NCBI GenBank assembly: GCA_051362555.1
Contig: CM120644.1
Coordinates: 10,996,567-11,060,566 of the forward strand
Reading direction: 5' to 3'
Length of the DNA stretch: 64,000 nucleotides
Origin: Lingula anatina
Lineage: Eukaryota; Animalia; Brachiopoda
This document shows positions 52,091-64,000 of this stretch, one piece after another (positions within the stretch are counted from its first letter, which is position 1; every line of letters begins with the position of its first letter). The notes beneath the pieces were generated by a model. That model did not search any database and was not told where the DNA came from. It was given only the letters and a program-made list of their open reading frames with translations. Made by a program: the position numbers and the translations under genes.

Positions 52091-55024
52091 TGCACCTATG
52101 CATTTTAATGTTTAGTTTTGATCCAAGATGTGCTCTGCCATAAACGTCAGTGCTGAAACGCTTATAATCACCTTGTCACCTATCGACGCCTGCCTCCAAA
52201 GTTGCATATATATTTCAGTAGCTCAGTGGACATGATAGATTGCACTGCCTTCAAATTCCATTCTGAAGGATTCTGACCGAGTAGCCATGAAAAATGTCCA
52301 ATATTGCTGGTACTGTTTGGCTGTAATCTGCCCTAGGGCCGTACTGTTGATAAACACCAAATGAAATGCCAGGTTTTGCTTAGTAATTTGTTGGAGCATG
52401 CAGTATTTTTCTCTCATACTGCAGTGCACTTACAAGTCCTGTTATTTTTCACAATTCTAATGTGAAGTTTGTTATTAAACATTCAGATGAGATGGTTTGT
52501 GCAATATTTCTGGATTCATACTGCCAGTCAAAAGTTTTCCTCCTGGCATTGTGTAGAATACAGAAAGGTCAAGGCTGAAAGCTTCAATAACTCATTAATT
52601 ATAATTGTCTTTTGAACTTTGAAGTCCCTTTTAAGTTTCTACGACCAATTACTAATAAGTTAAAGTATTTGATTAAATAACTTAATTGATACATTGATCT
52701 TAACTTTAACCCTCAGGTTGAGATTTTACTGAATAAATGATTATTCTTGAGATCTGAGTAATATTTCATAAAGTACTGATTTTAATAAAATTCAACATTC
52801 ACACTGCCAGCACATTTGTGAATCTGCAACTCTGTTTTTTTCCCCTTTTTTGTTGTTGAATGTGGTCGTGTTTGGTTTTGCCATATGTTAAATGTTTCAT
52901 ATATTTGAATTAAAATAGCTCAACCATGCAGGTACTAGTAGACACATGCTACTGCAGCATATGGGTACTACTATCAGACTGTAATAGTACTAATTGTACT
53001 AGCAGGAGTGAGCTGTCTCAGCAGGGATTTTAGCTATTAATGTGAAAATCCATTTGATGTACAGTAAGGATACTAGTACTAGTAGATGCATGGGGGAGAG
53101 TGGCTTTAACAGTACTGTGTTGATGTATTATTATAATGTGATGATCAATTGTCAACTTCACCCCACTTATTATTTCACATTGCTATACCCAGACAGGTTC
53201 TGGAGGTTACTTTTTGAATTCTCTCACAGTAAGATTTTTTTCAATTTTAAACTGCAACGTGGATAATCCTATTGATGCTGAGAGAACCTTACTAGTATAT
53301 TTTGTGTTTGTGTTCACACACACACACACACACAATACAAATTTAAGTAATATATATATATCTGCCATTCTTTGCTAGTGGTTACAAAATGTTGAATTTG
53401 GCCAAAAATTTCAAACGTTCTCTGGGAAGGTGTAATTTTGCAATGTGATAGCTACACCATCACAGTTTATCATTTCATAAAAAGGGAAACGGCAGATGCC
53501 CTTTTTAGGGCACACAGGAGAGTTGAACAGCTATGCTCACGGACACCAAATCCAAGACGCGTTACCCTGGGTAATATATTTTGCACAAACTAATGAAAGT
53601 CTAATGAAATGTTTCCAGTTTTAGTTTAAATCATAAGGGGGTGTTGTTTCAGTGCTTTAAAACTGGTTTTGAAGAATTCAATCCACTTTTCATAATTAAT
53701 AAAAATGGTGAATATGTAGGACACGATAACGTTAGAGACGCGGGAACAAAAACTTTTTATAATCATCTAAATAATAACAATATTTTTGCTATTATCCACA
53801 CACATACTTCAATCATGAGGGGAGCATCACTCTCACATGCTTTTAAATTGGAATTGACAAACACAGAGGAATAATGCACGTATTTTGTTTACTGTAACTC
53901 TGTTACATGGGACACACACTGAACAAAGTTGATCGAAAGAATGTTCCAGATTGTAGTTTTTTTGTCAGAATTATTATTATTTCTTATTATTTTAACACAA
54001 TAAAGTTCAGGTAAATACAAAATTTAACAAAATGAAGTTCAGTATTATAACATTCTTTCTAACATCTGTGGACCACTGGTGATATCTGCTCTGTGCTCAC
54101 CAAGGCATCCACTCTTGGAATTCTGAAAAAAAAAATCATACAAAGAATCTGTTTACTCTGATAACGAACAATGAGTAACCTAAGATTACAAATAGTTTAT
54201 TGCTTATTCAAACAAAGTACAGTGCATTATGAGTGGCAAACACGCATTACTGGGACACATTTTCTTCACCCATTTTCGATGCTTCATTTTGTCTCTGTAC
54301 GTTAGTGTTGCGGTAATCCATAATTGCTGTTTTTACAGACGGTTAAATTTTAAACGCACTGAATACAGTGTAGCAGCTTAATTTAAGACAAAACTAAAAA
54401 AAAGTCATTCAATTTTGATGATTGAGTTTTCGAGAACAAGAGAACATGAAAACGGTGTCACCGCTTTACCATTTTCAATATGAACTTTAGTCCGCCATGT
54501 GACACAGACGCAAAACGAAAGTTCAGATGAAGTCACCCTACTTATGGAATGGTAATAATCAATCGGTACACATATATGTTGAAACAATTGACGAAAAATG
54601 AAACGAAACTCAGTATTTCTCACCTTCATGCAAAGAAGATCCCTATAAACAGTCCTGTGGCAGTTAAATTGAGGGAATTACACCTGTGCCCTGTATCCGA
54701 TCTCGAAAGCATCACTGCATTACATGTTATCAGAATGGGACACGCGCCAGTTTGAGCTGGTTTTCAGTGTGCAAAAGAAGCCATTCGTGTGTGAGACGTC
54801 ATCAGTTAGTGAGTGTGGAAGCAGATCGCTATCGATGTATAATTTTCACGCGGCATTTTAAAGTCGTCTGATAAAAATCGATCTCTGAAATTTCAGCGTA
54901 ACGAACGTTACATAGGACACGGTGAAGAAAAATCGATCATGTTGAGCAAGAAATGTGAATTTTGTGACGGAAATTTTGTGATAATTTTTCAGACAACTTT
55001 AATGTGGATGTTTTCATTTTCAGA

Positions 55025-58000
55025 ATGGATAGTGTAGAAGGCGAAGATTCAGACAACCCAGATAAGAACATTACTGACCCTTCCAATCCCCCAGTGGTCA
55101 GCATGTCCAAGTCCAGCCTTTGTAGTGGATGTGATAGTCCAAAGTCACTGGTCCCTGCAGCCAAGGTACCACCCGGGGTCGTCACTCTCTCTGCTGTCTC
55201 TGATGCACGACAAAAGAAAACCATCCAGTTGAGAAATGCAAAATTTAACATTGATAAACTGAAAAGTTTGGCCAGTAATCTGCCAGTAAAAAATTGGCGA
55301 AGAGAGGATAGTAAATCAGCTGATCTCAGCACAGTGCCACCTAGAGACAGTATTGACAGTTTATATAGTGACAATAGTGCCAGTGCCAGTAGCGTTTCCA
55401 ACAATAGCAGTGCCAGTAACAATGACAGCAACAGCGTTGTTAACATTAACGGTCACAGTAGCTATGAAAACTACATAAGTGGTAGCAGTGTTGCCAGTGA
55501 CAAGAACAACAGTAACAATCCTCGTCATTCAAGCAGTAACAACATCATTACCCTTGACAGTGACAATAGCAGTATCAACAACTGTGATAGAGACAACTGT
55601 GCTCAAGAAAAATCCCTTGGTGTCAAATTAACAACTCCAGCCAAAGACTTAATACATATTTCTGATGATGAAGAGGTTGATGTTGATATCATTGGTTACA
55701 GTGATGATGCTGAAAATGCTCACAGCAGTGATGATAATGTTCCCAACAAACCTGACGACGGCAGAATCCGTACGAAACAACCGTCCTTTTTGGAAGATGA
55801 CAGTGCACATTACAGCCCCAAAAACCAGTCCAATAAGAATTCAGCTGCGATCACTCACCGAGGCGACTCATACATGCAATCAAACTTCACAGACAGCAGC
55901 CCTACATACTTCAACAGCAATAACAATGTCAGAAGTCTCAGTGAGAATGATACCTCTTTTTATACCACAAGTGACAACGAGCCATTAGTTCTTAAAATCC
56001 AACAGCAAGTTCATTGCTCCGTGGATAGTAAAGAAGAGAGTAAAGGTATTCCCATTGAAAGAATGACGGAACAAATAACAAAGAAACATAGAAAGTCACT
56101 ACCCAAAAAGAAGAAGAGAAAAAAGGCAACCACTGGGAAGCATAAGTGTGCATACTGCTCAAGAAGTTACCCAACCGTGAGCCAGCTGATCGTACACACC
56201 AGATACCATACTGGAGAGGAGCCATTTTCATGCTCCTACTGTGACAGAAAATTCAAAACCAGCTCTCATCGAAAATATCATGAATCATCTCACATAACAC
56301 AAGGTGGAATTTATGCTTGTCAAGACACGGCATTCACAAGCAAAAGTGTCGTTAGTTGTGAATCAAACTCAGAAACTGTCCATCAAAGTTTGGAATCTGC
56401 CCAGAGTAAGGAAAATGATACTGAAGATTCAGTGGACTGTAATGAGGTGAAGAAGACTACAGCAATGCATGACAATGACAACAAGAATGTGGATGCTTCA
56501 TTGAAACACAAAGCCCAGGTCTCGGAGTGCAGCCAAGATGGAAAGAGGGCATCAGACAAATTGGCAAAGAAAAGATCTCTGGATGCTGATCTTGAGCCAA
56601 CAACACCAAAACAAGCTAGACATTCAACAGTTGAAGAAGAAATCCTCTCATTAGAGTGCCTCTATTGTGAACGAGTATTCAAAAGCCCCTCTCTTCTTGA
56701 GTACCATGAATGGACTCATGGTATTAACAAATCCTTCAACTGCAAGACCTGTGGCAAGTCATTCAGAACAGTGGAAGGATGGAAAAGGCACATGAAGTTC
56801 CACACAAAGCAGGTTGCCTTTCTGTGCCAGTACTGTCAAAAGTCATTTTCCTCTAAGAGTAATAAGACAGCCCATGAGAGAAAAAGATGCCCCGTTAGAA
56901 GAAAACGGACCTATCCATGTCAGCATTGTGGACTAGTGTTTGCTGATGAAAATGTTGAAAGGCTACATGAAGAGAAATGTGCTCCTGCAACTAGGGCTAC
57001 TACCACTGGATCTGAACCTAAAGACTCCATTGCATTTCAGAAAAGTCTCGATTCTCCACCAGAGAAGATAAAGAGAATTGCCAAAAAGAAGAAGAAGAAG
57101 AAGAAAAAGAAGAGCATTCCTTCTAACCACAAGTCATCACCTCAACATTTTATGCTTACCAAAAAGAAAAAGGTCAAAGGTCACTTGAGGTTTGGATCAA
57201 GCCATTTTCCCTTTGATACAGAAGACAACAGATGTCCAATTTGTGAAAAGAAGTTCTCATGCAAAGGTAATACCAACCGCCACTTAAAAGTTATACACCC
57301 CAAGGAATGGATGAGAATCCTGAGCACAAGAACCTCTCCAAGGAAAGAACACCATGTGGTAACACAGACTGTTCAAGGTTTGACAAATTTGATTGAAGAC
57401 AGTAGCAGATTGACAGAGGATGTTGTTCTAGATTCCGTAGAACCTGTTGAGAAAAATATTCTCTGTTCTAAATCGAAAATACACCATGAAAATGAGACAC
57501 AAGGTGCATGTACATATTCCCAGTCATACAAAGCCAATCATGTGGAACATGTTCCCGGTGCAGGTGGAGACAGTAATGCCAAAGTCGAGTACCAGGCTAC
57601 AAAAGCACTTTCACCTGATCTCACTATAACATTCACCAAAAAGAAACACCAGGGTAATGATGAAACCAACAAAGAAGGACTCCAGGTTCTTAATCCATCA
57701 GAATTGAACGCTGAGAGTACGACACCTGCAAAAATAGCTGAAGTCAGTTCATCCCTATTCAAATGTCATGATTGTCATAAGGCTTTTCCCACTTGGAAAG
57801 AGAGACGCCATCACTGGAAAAGAGAACATCAACCTGGGTTAGGCAACAAAAGTTCTGGTGCTTCCTTATCCAGCCATGGAGACAGGCGGCAGGAAAGAAA
57901 ACATCGAGAATCGAGTAGTAGTCTTACAAGGCCGTCCCAAAAACACAAATCCAGTGAAGATAAGGATGTCCACTTGGAGGAGAACCAGGATGGCAATCTG

Positions 58001-59446
58001 CCCTCAGAAAAGAAAAGACTTTTGTCTCAAAGTGAGCATTGTGCCCAGTCAAAACAATCAGAAGGGATAAAGCCTGCAGTGGTGTCTTCTTCTTGGACGC
58101 AAGAAAACTGGTCCAGTTTAGATAAATTTGCTAATGATGTTCAGCAAAGTTCTGTATTTGAAAGAAAAAGGCACAGGCATTCCAGTAACTCAAAACATTC
58201 CAGACACAAGCATAAAAAAAGAGACAGGGAATTTCTTGGTAGGGAAGAGTCACAGGTTCATGGACATGGGTCTAGTATTCATACTCCCAGTAGAACAATG
58301 ACACATGCACATGCATTTAACCATAGTAGTATGAAGAAGTCTCCAGCAAAGCTTTATTCGGATAAAATTTCTGTAGTCCCAGCCGGAAGGAAAGGTGTCG
58401 ACATCATTGATATTATTGAAGATGGCACTGATAATAAGAAAACCCATGAAATCGTAGTCGAAGTGGAAGACCATGTAGAAGATGTGGGAGTTTCTCAAAG
58501 TACTCTTTCTCCTAGTAAGGATTTAGACAAAAGTGGATCCAATTCAAATTTTGCTGCCATGGGTCTCTTTCAGTGTGAACATTGTGGGGATATATTTACT
58601 AAGAAATCTGTGTGGCAAGTACACCTCACCACACATGGAGTTAGCTCATTGCCTGAGCCATCTCATGCTAAGGATTTAAGTTGCAAATGCGAAATTTGCC
58701 ATCGCAATTTCAAAACCAAATATGACAGAATAAAGCATGAGAAGCGTGTCCATACTAATCCCGTAGATAGACCCTTCAAGTGCAAATATTGTGCCAAAAC
58801 CTTTGCCTTGGAACCTGATGCCATAAAACACCAGATCTCCACCCATGATGCAAAGATTGCTTCGCACGCTTGTAGATATTGCCACCTCACTTTCCCAACT
58901 GCGCGCAGATGCATGGCACATGAAGCCAAGCATTCAGGGGGAAACAGGGGGGCGGTGCAGTGTAGGCATTGCCCAAGAGTTTTCACTACAAAATACTTTA
59001 GATCATTGCATGAGAAGCGGGCTCACACCGGAGGGACAGACAAGACTTTTTCTTGCCGTTTTTGCATGAGAAACTTTGACCAAGAGATTCTCTTGAGGCT
59101 TCACGTTAAAAAGAAGCATAAGAAAAAGCTATTATCTTCAGAGTCTGAAAGGAATACAAAATCACCGCCTCAGAATAAGTTTCCAAGAGGATTAAATGGG
59201 TCATTTTCATGTCATCACTGTGGTCAAACTCTTAGTTGCCACAGAAACTATGTTGAACATATGAGATGGCATGTTGGACAGAAACCTTTCAAGTGTGACT
59301 TCTGTCCAAAGAGGTTTACTAGAAAATCTAATTGCACAACGCACGAAAAAAACTTTCATGCTGAGAAATTAAGACGCAGACAGTTAAAAATGAGTAGCAG
59401 CAGGTCCAAGGAACCTGAGAATGGTCCATCTCTTCCGAATAACTAA
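55025..59446 (+). CDS. Large C2H2 zinc-finger protein (about 16 fingers, 1473 aa) in a single 4.4-kb coding exon
   Basis: Acceptor ttttcattttcag|A-ATG at 55023-55025; 14 C2H2 and 2 C2HC fingers in dispersed clusters with HTGEEPF/HVGQKPF linkers; poly-K NLS-like tracts. Confidence 0.9.
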   Translation: MDSVEGEDSDNPDKNITDPSNPPVVSMSKSSLCSGCDSPKSLVPAAKVPPGVVTLSAVSDARQKKTIQLRNAKFNIDKLKSLASNLPVKNWRREDSKSADLSTVPPRDSIDSLYSDNSASASSVSNNSSASNNDSNSVVNINGHSSYENYISGSSVASDKNNSNNPRHSSSNNIITLDSDNSSINNCDRDNCAQEKSLGVKLTTPAKDLIHISDDEEVDVDIIGYSDDAENAHSSDDNVPNKPDDGRIRTKQPSFLEDDSAHYSPKNQSNKNSAAITHRGDSYMQSNFTDSSPTYFNSNNNVRSLSENDTSFYTTSDNEPLVLKIQQQVHCSVDSKEESKGIPIERMTEQITKKHRKSLPKKKKRKKATTGKHKCAYCSRSYPTVSQLIVHTRYHTGEEPFSCSYCDRKFKTSSHRKYHESSHITQGGIYACQDTAFTSKSVVSCESNSETVHQSLESAQSKENDTEDSVDCNEVKKTTAMHDNDNKNVDASLKHKAQVSECSQDGKRASDKLAKKRSLDADLEPTTPKQARHSTVEEEILSLECLYCERVFKSPSLLEYHEWTHGINKSFNCKTCGKSFRTVEGWKRHMKFHTKQVAFLCQYCQKSFSSKSNKTAHERKRCPVRRKRTYPCQHCGLVFADENVERLHEEKCAPATRATTTGSEPKDSIAFQKSLDSPPEKIKRIAKKKKKKKKKKSIPSNHKSSPQHFMLTKKKKVKGHLRFGSSHFPFDTEDNRCPICEKKFSCKGNTNRHLKVIHPKEWMRILSTRTSPRKEHHVVTQTVQGLTNLIEDSSRLTEDVVLDSVEPVEKNILCSKSKIHHENETQGACTYSQSYKANHVEHVPGAGGDSNAKVEYQATKALSPDLTITFTKKKHQGNDETNKEGLQVLNPSELNAESTTPAKIAEVSSSLFKCHDCHKAFPTWKERRHHWKREHQPGLGNKSSGASLSSHGDRRQERKHRESSSSLTRPSQKHKSSEDKDVHLEENQDGNLPSEKKRLLSQSEHCAQSKQSEGIKPAVVSSSWTQENWSSLDKFANDVQQSSVFERKRHRHSSNSKHSRHKHKKRDREFLGREESQVHGHGSSIHTPSRTMTHAHAFNHSSMKKSPAKLYSDKISVVPAGRKGVDIIDIIEDGTDNKKTHEIVVEVEDHVEDVGVSQSTLSPSKDLDKSGSNSNFAAMGLFQCEHCGDIFTKKSVWQVHLTTHGVSSLPEPSHAKDLSCKCEICHRNFKTKYDRIKHEKRVHTNPVDRPFKCKYCAKTFALEPDAIKHQISTHDAKIASHACRYCHLTFPTARRCMAHEAKHSGGNRGAVQCRHCPRVFTTKYFRSLHEKRAHTGGTDKTFSCRFCMRNFDQEILLRLHVKKKHKKKLLSSESERNTKSPPQNKFPRGLNGSFSCHHCGQTLSCHRNYVEHMRWHVGQKPFKCDFCPKRFTRKSNCTTHEKNFHAEKLRRRQLKMSSSRSKEPENGPSLPNN

Positions 59447-60289
59447 GCTAAAGTGACTAAAGCATATTTCAATGTCAGGTTATTTACTAGATGAGTTTGT
59501 TTAACTGTCATAAGACTTTCCCACATTGCTTTACACAAAGCGACTGAGAGCTATTGAGAAGACTGTTAAATGAGGGTGAGTGAGGGGTGGGGAAGGTATG
59601 GAGTGGAGGGTATAGTCTGGAAAAAGGCAAATTGCAGGATTTCCAGTTATTAAATTCTTAATTGAAGGTCATGTGAAGGTCAGGGGTCTGAGACTGACCT
59701 GGGCTCAAGTTCATACCAGAATACAATTATTGATAATAAGTCTCCAGTATGATTTCTTTACTTGTGATTTTACATGGAGTTTTTTTTATCTGTTTGTGTG
59801 CTAAATGTAGATTTTATGATTTACAAAGCAGTATTCTTTTCATGGTAATTACTTACTAGTACTAAAAATACCTCTTTTTCTGACACTGTATTATTTGGTG
59901 AAAGACTATTAGCATTTATTCATTTTAAGAGACCATTTGAGTTTCTGATGAAGAAACAATCAGCTGAATTATATTCATTTCCCCTCACAGATTGTATTTC
60001 TTTCTCTGGTGTAATGGGATCCAAGAAATTTGTGAAAATGGAGTTTGCATGTGTTTGAATTTATTGATTGCTTGCCATTCTTAGCTTGGGCATGAACTTT
60101 CATCACAGAACTGTAGTCTACAGATTTGACCAAATTTTTAGTCCTGTTAATCACGTTGAATAGTGTGGTCATTTTATAAGAGGAAGGACAGCTAATGTTT
60201 CAGACCAATACTGGAAAGAGGATATATATAAGTGAAGAGAGGACTAAGAGACCGTTCCCAGACCCTATTGTACTAACTGTGGATCAATC

Positions 60290-60465
60290 TATCTTCAAGG
60301 GGGATTCTCGCTAAATTGCAATCAACTTAAGCAGCTTAGATGTCTGTCACGCCTACTGAAGCTGCTTGGGGGGAATTTAATTACCAATTTGCAGCTTCAG
60401 TATGTGTGCCAAACATCTAAGCCGCTTAAGCTGAAAGCAATTTAGCGAGAAACCCCTCGGAGATA
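60290..60465. mobile_element. Foldback MITE (hAT-like)
   Basis: About 75-bp imperfect inverted arms with TA termini; 8-bp TSD GATCAATC (60282-60289, 60466-60473). Confidence 0.7.
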
Positions 60466-62688
60466 GATCAATCTAGGTATGAAAACTCACTCTTAAGAGC
60501 TGTTCTGGGCCTCTGGTATTATGTGCAACATTCCATAGCATTGTGCTTTAAAAAGAAGTCTTAACTATCGCAATCAGAAATATGGGTTGTACACACAATT
60601 TGCACATTATGAACACTGACTCTACTGTTTCAGCTACAGCAATTTCAGAAAAATGCTCTCAGCAGTTAATTGTAAACAGTACCATATGAGATAGCATTGT
60701 GCTACTTAGGTGATCCCACTGCATGTATACTTGCTGCTAGGCATCAGTTACAATTGAATCTGTTGAATTGCTTCAACTTTTTACTCTGTAACCTATTTCT
60801 TTTTTTGGTCCTAACGTTCTTCACACTTCTACTCCCATTATTTTTCTTGTCTAAAGCAAAACACATTTTCTCTTTTTTAAGGGAACATGGCATCTAGAGA
60901 ATTCTCGTAAAATGGAAAGTGGTGAATGGCAGTTTATTATTAATGCCAAAACTCCGGACAGGTACTTTTCAATAGACTCATTTGCTATCCTTTGTGTTTG
61001 TGTATTTGTCAAATATTGATAGAAATGGGAAATATTAGCACTTAAATAGATTTTCTTAAGATTTAAGTTTGTTAAGTTTTGAAATAAGGAAGCTTTAAAA
61101 TAAAATTTGTGACAATTTTTTTCCAATTTGGACCAATTAGAATCATTCAGTAATTTCTTAGGTTAATCTGTAAAAGGAGATAATTTATAAGCTACACTTT
61201 TTTCTGTTCAATAGAGTAAAAAAAATATATATATATTTAACCAGTGAAGAACCCGATTATCAGTGTAGTATTTTTTTACTGTCAGTGCATTTTGCAAAAA
61301 AAAAAAAAAAAAAAAATCAATATTACATTATTGCCCAGGGTATATCAAATATATATGAAGTATATTTCAAGTAAAATATGTGGAAGTGAACAAGCAAATG
61401 AACAGAATGATTTTAATTATATATGATAATTTATTTTCATTTTTCTTGGTTACAATCAAAAGATCAATATAACACTCAATGGTCGGGGAATGAAGGAATA
61501 AAGAATTTAGGACTATCAATTATTTTCACTGGCAAAGCATTATCAAATGAAATGTTTCATCCTTAGGTCTAATGAAGACAGTGGATTATTGAAAGAACAA
61601 CTAACTTGAGCAGCACTTTATCTGCTTCAATATTAAATTAACCATAAAGTGTTCAGGAAAATCTAATGTTTTCTTATTCTCAAGGGTGAAAAGTTAACGT
61701 TAACATAAGCCCAGACTGTGCTTCTTCACATCTAAAACAATACGACAAAAGAAAAAGATGATACATATAAAAAAGAATGGGGCAATTTCACACATAAGCA
61801 TTTTAGTCTGGGTTTATCCTGTTAAGATAATGAGCGATGCAAAAGTGACTTAATATTAAGCTATAAAAGTTTTTTTTTTTTTGCAATTTTAAAAATCCTT
61901 ACACTTTAAAACTAGTTCCTGAAATTGAACAGAGTTAACATTTGTACATTCATTATTGAATCAATTATAATTTAATTTAAATACTTGAACTATATATAAC
62001 AGAAAGACAAACACCAACAGATGGGGAATTTCATTCTTTTGCTCATTTTGTTCACGAACTAGAATTATAAAAATATGTGTAATGCTCTACACAAAAAGTG
62101 TTGGAAAGCCATGGATAAATACTGTATAGTTATGCAAGAACACTCTCTCAAAGTCAGAATTATTCAATTTACAACTAATCTGACACAAATGTTGCAAAGA
62201 AAACCATAATGCTGTACACTAGATTTAATTTTTCAACACCAAAATCAAAGAAAATTTCAGTAACTTAAATATAGATATATAAAAGGATTACAATATCTAA
62301 AAACTTTCAACAGCAATCTTGAATAGCCATGTTAAACTGTTGCAAATAACCTGCAAGTTATTTTGAAATTTTTCAGGAGTATATACAAAGAAAAAAAGGG
62401 AACTCTGTATATACCTAATATGTAAATACAGTTCTTCCAAGCTCCTGCAGTTTTCAAATTGAATGTGATTGCAAGATTTTGCACAAACCAATCATCTCTG
62501 ATTACACCGATATTTCTATGTATGACATCAATATATTTTTTAATATGGTGTTAGTAACTTTATTCTTCAAATTATCCTTCTAGCTTTAACGGTCGACCAA
62601 ACGGAGATCATTTTTAAGTCACTTTTAATATTATTAACCACGGGTTTTGAAACCAGACATATTCATGAAAATATGTCAGACTCCTTAA

Positions 62689-63007
62689 AGGGACAACAAC
62701 TCTTCATATGAGGTTCAAAATCACACAATTAGTACAATGTGAACAACACAAAGAAATATTAAAAATTCCATTTTACCACCAAAATAACAATAATATATTA
62801 TTCTGAAATCTCTACTTGTCATTGAACTGCGCGGACCTTCATAGATGGATACAGGATCAATAACAAAAAAAAAAAAAAAAAAAAAAAGTAACTTTGAATA
62901 TTGAAACAGATTCACTAACCATTGTTTAGTATGGAAACAACCTTGTTTACCCTAGGAAAATCTTGATTTATGGCACTTTTTTCACCAAAATGAAGAGTTG
63001 TTTTCCT
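62689..63007. mobile_element. Kolobok-like MITE, copy 3
   Basis: TTAA at 62685-62688 and 63008-63011; TIR AGGGACAACAACTCTTCAT / ATGAAGAGTTGTTTTCCT; homologous to copy 1. Confidence 0.72.
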
Positions 63008-63695
63008 TTAAAATCTAAACTATAAGAAATGGGGGGTCAGTTTTCATAAAGGTATGCTCTAGACTTGAAAATGACGTGTCACAAGATGACCCTTAAAATG
63101 CCAGTAACTAGTGACTGTGGAAACCCAAATAAAAACAAAAAATTTGAAACTTTGGTACACAAGACGTATGTCTATATCCATAGCCTCGTTATAGTACTTT
63201 CACTATAAAGATCATGGTAGATCTGGACAACCATCCCTGTGTTCCACGGCGGAGGCAGTATCCTGGGACATAAGTGCCCCGCATGTGCTGAAAGCATCAC
63301 GCATGCATGTGCAGTAGTGCATTTCACCCATTTGGGATAGTTTCATCAAACTTATGCACTTCTATGTGTATCCAGACATAGTGCTCAGTTCCATGTGTAT
63401 TGACAGTATCCATCTTTTCCAAGTTGGGTCTATTTTGGTTAACATGGTGCTTTATGCCAGATACATGCTCCATTTCCTCTTGATAAGCAGGGTGTTCTGA
63501 TGCTCTTTTAAGTCTGTAAAGAAAAGCAATGAACAGTGGTCAGCTATGTTGCTGCTAAACTAAGAAGTTTTCAGTGAAGTGCTACCAACAAATTCTACTT
63601 CCTGCCAGGTCAATGTGAAGGTCATGTCTCAGTTGCCATGACATCCAAGTCCCTGTAATATGGAATATAAACAAAGATGCACATGTAGCAGCATT

Positions 63696-64000
63696 TCACC
63701 AACGATCTGCAGCGCTGCATGTTACGATGAAGCCATCGTGCGTATTGGGACCACCACTGGGTCCATTCAACTGTCTTGCTGCCCGCTGGACACTCGCGAT
63801 AGTTTGCTGAGCGATGCTGACATTTGTGTTTAGGTTTTGTGGCAGGGACACCGCCATTGACACAGTGGGTGTAGTCCCCTGGGGCAGAGAGCCCTGTCCC
63901 AGAGATACTTGGACCTGAGCCAGGGACACGGGAACAATGGGAGAGTTCATACTGCCGACTGCCGAACCCGATGGGTTGAGGAGCGCTGCCGCTCCCAGAC
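63696..64000 (-). CDS. Probable 3' coding exon of a gene entering from the right edge; low-complexity S/T/Q/V/A/G-rich C-terminus
   Basis: GC-rich frame open from the window edge (LGAAALLNPSGSAVGSMNSPIVPVSLAQVQVSL...) to TGA at 63696; family not recognised. Confidence 0.65.
   Translation of the reverse strand, partial: LGAAALLNPSGSAVGSMNSPIVPVSLAQVQVSLGQGSLPQGTTPTVSMAVSLPQNLNTNVSIAQQTIASVQRAARQLNGPSGGPNTHDGFIVTCSAADRW

Noticed and set aside
53490-54960. Recurring GGACAC motif and loosely similar blocks near 53900 and 54900
   Set aside because: Probably old transposon remnants, but boundaries and TIRs could not be defined
63320-63660. Possible extra minus-strand exons of the terminal gene
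   Set aside because: Splicing from 63700 gives either an immediate stop or needs a 47-nt intron; simpler to read as 3'UTR
1-64000. CRISPR arrays, tRNA/rRNA genes, prokaryotic operons
   Set aside because: None seen; the sequence is intron-rich eukaryotic DNA and its repeats are microsatellites or transposons

Overview
AT-rich, intron-containing animal DNA, probably from a lophotrochozoan invertebrate (inferred from the NeuroD '[13 protein letters not shown]' variant). Genes, in order: the first exon of a secreted CBM9/DOMON-like protein (-); NeuroD (-, one coding exon plus a probable non-coding exon 1 about 6.7 kb upstream); an 8-exon small ankyrin-repeat gene (+) whose introns carry a Tx1/L1 retrotransposon and a nested Academ/MITE/LINE complex; a 3-exon, 118-aa secreted neuropeptide-precursor-like gene (-) that the ORF track does not recover as a whole; a divergent GT11 alpha-1,2-fucosyltransferase-like gene with a relic paralog; a 16-finger C2H2 zinc-finger gene (+); and the last exon of a low-complexity gene (-). 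Non-coding features include several MITE families with readable TSDs, a Helentron-like element and two abutting palindromes (53 bp and about 870 bp) that resemble a hairpin-opening repair scar. All gene models were built by eye from splice signals and reading phase; no database searches were run.
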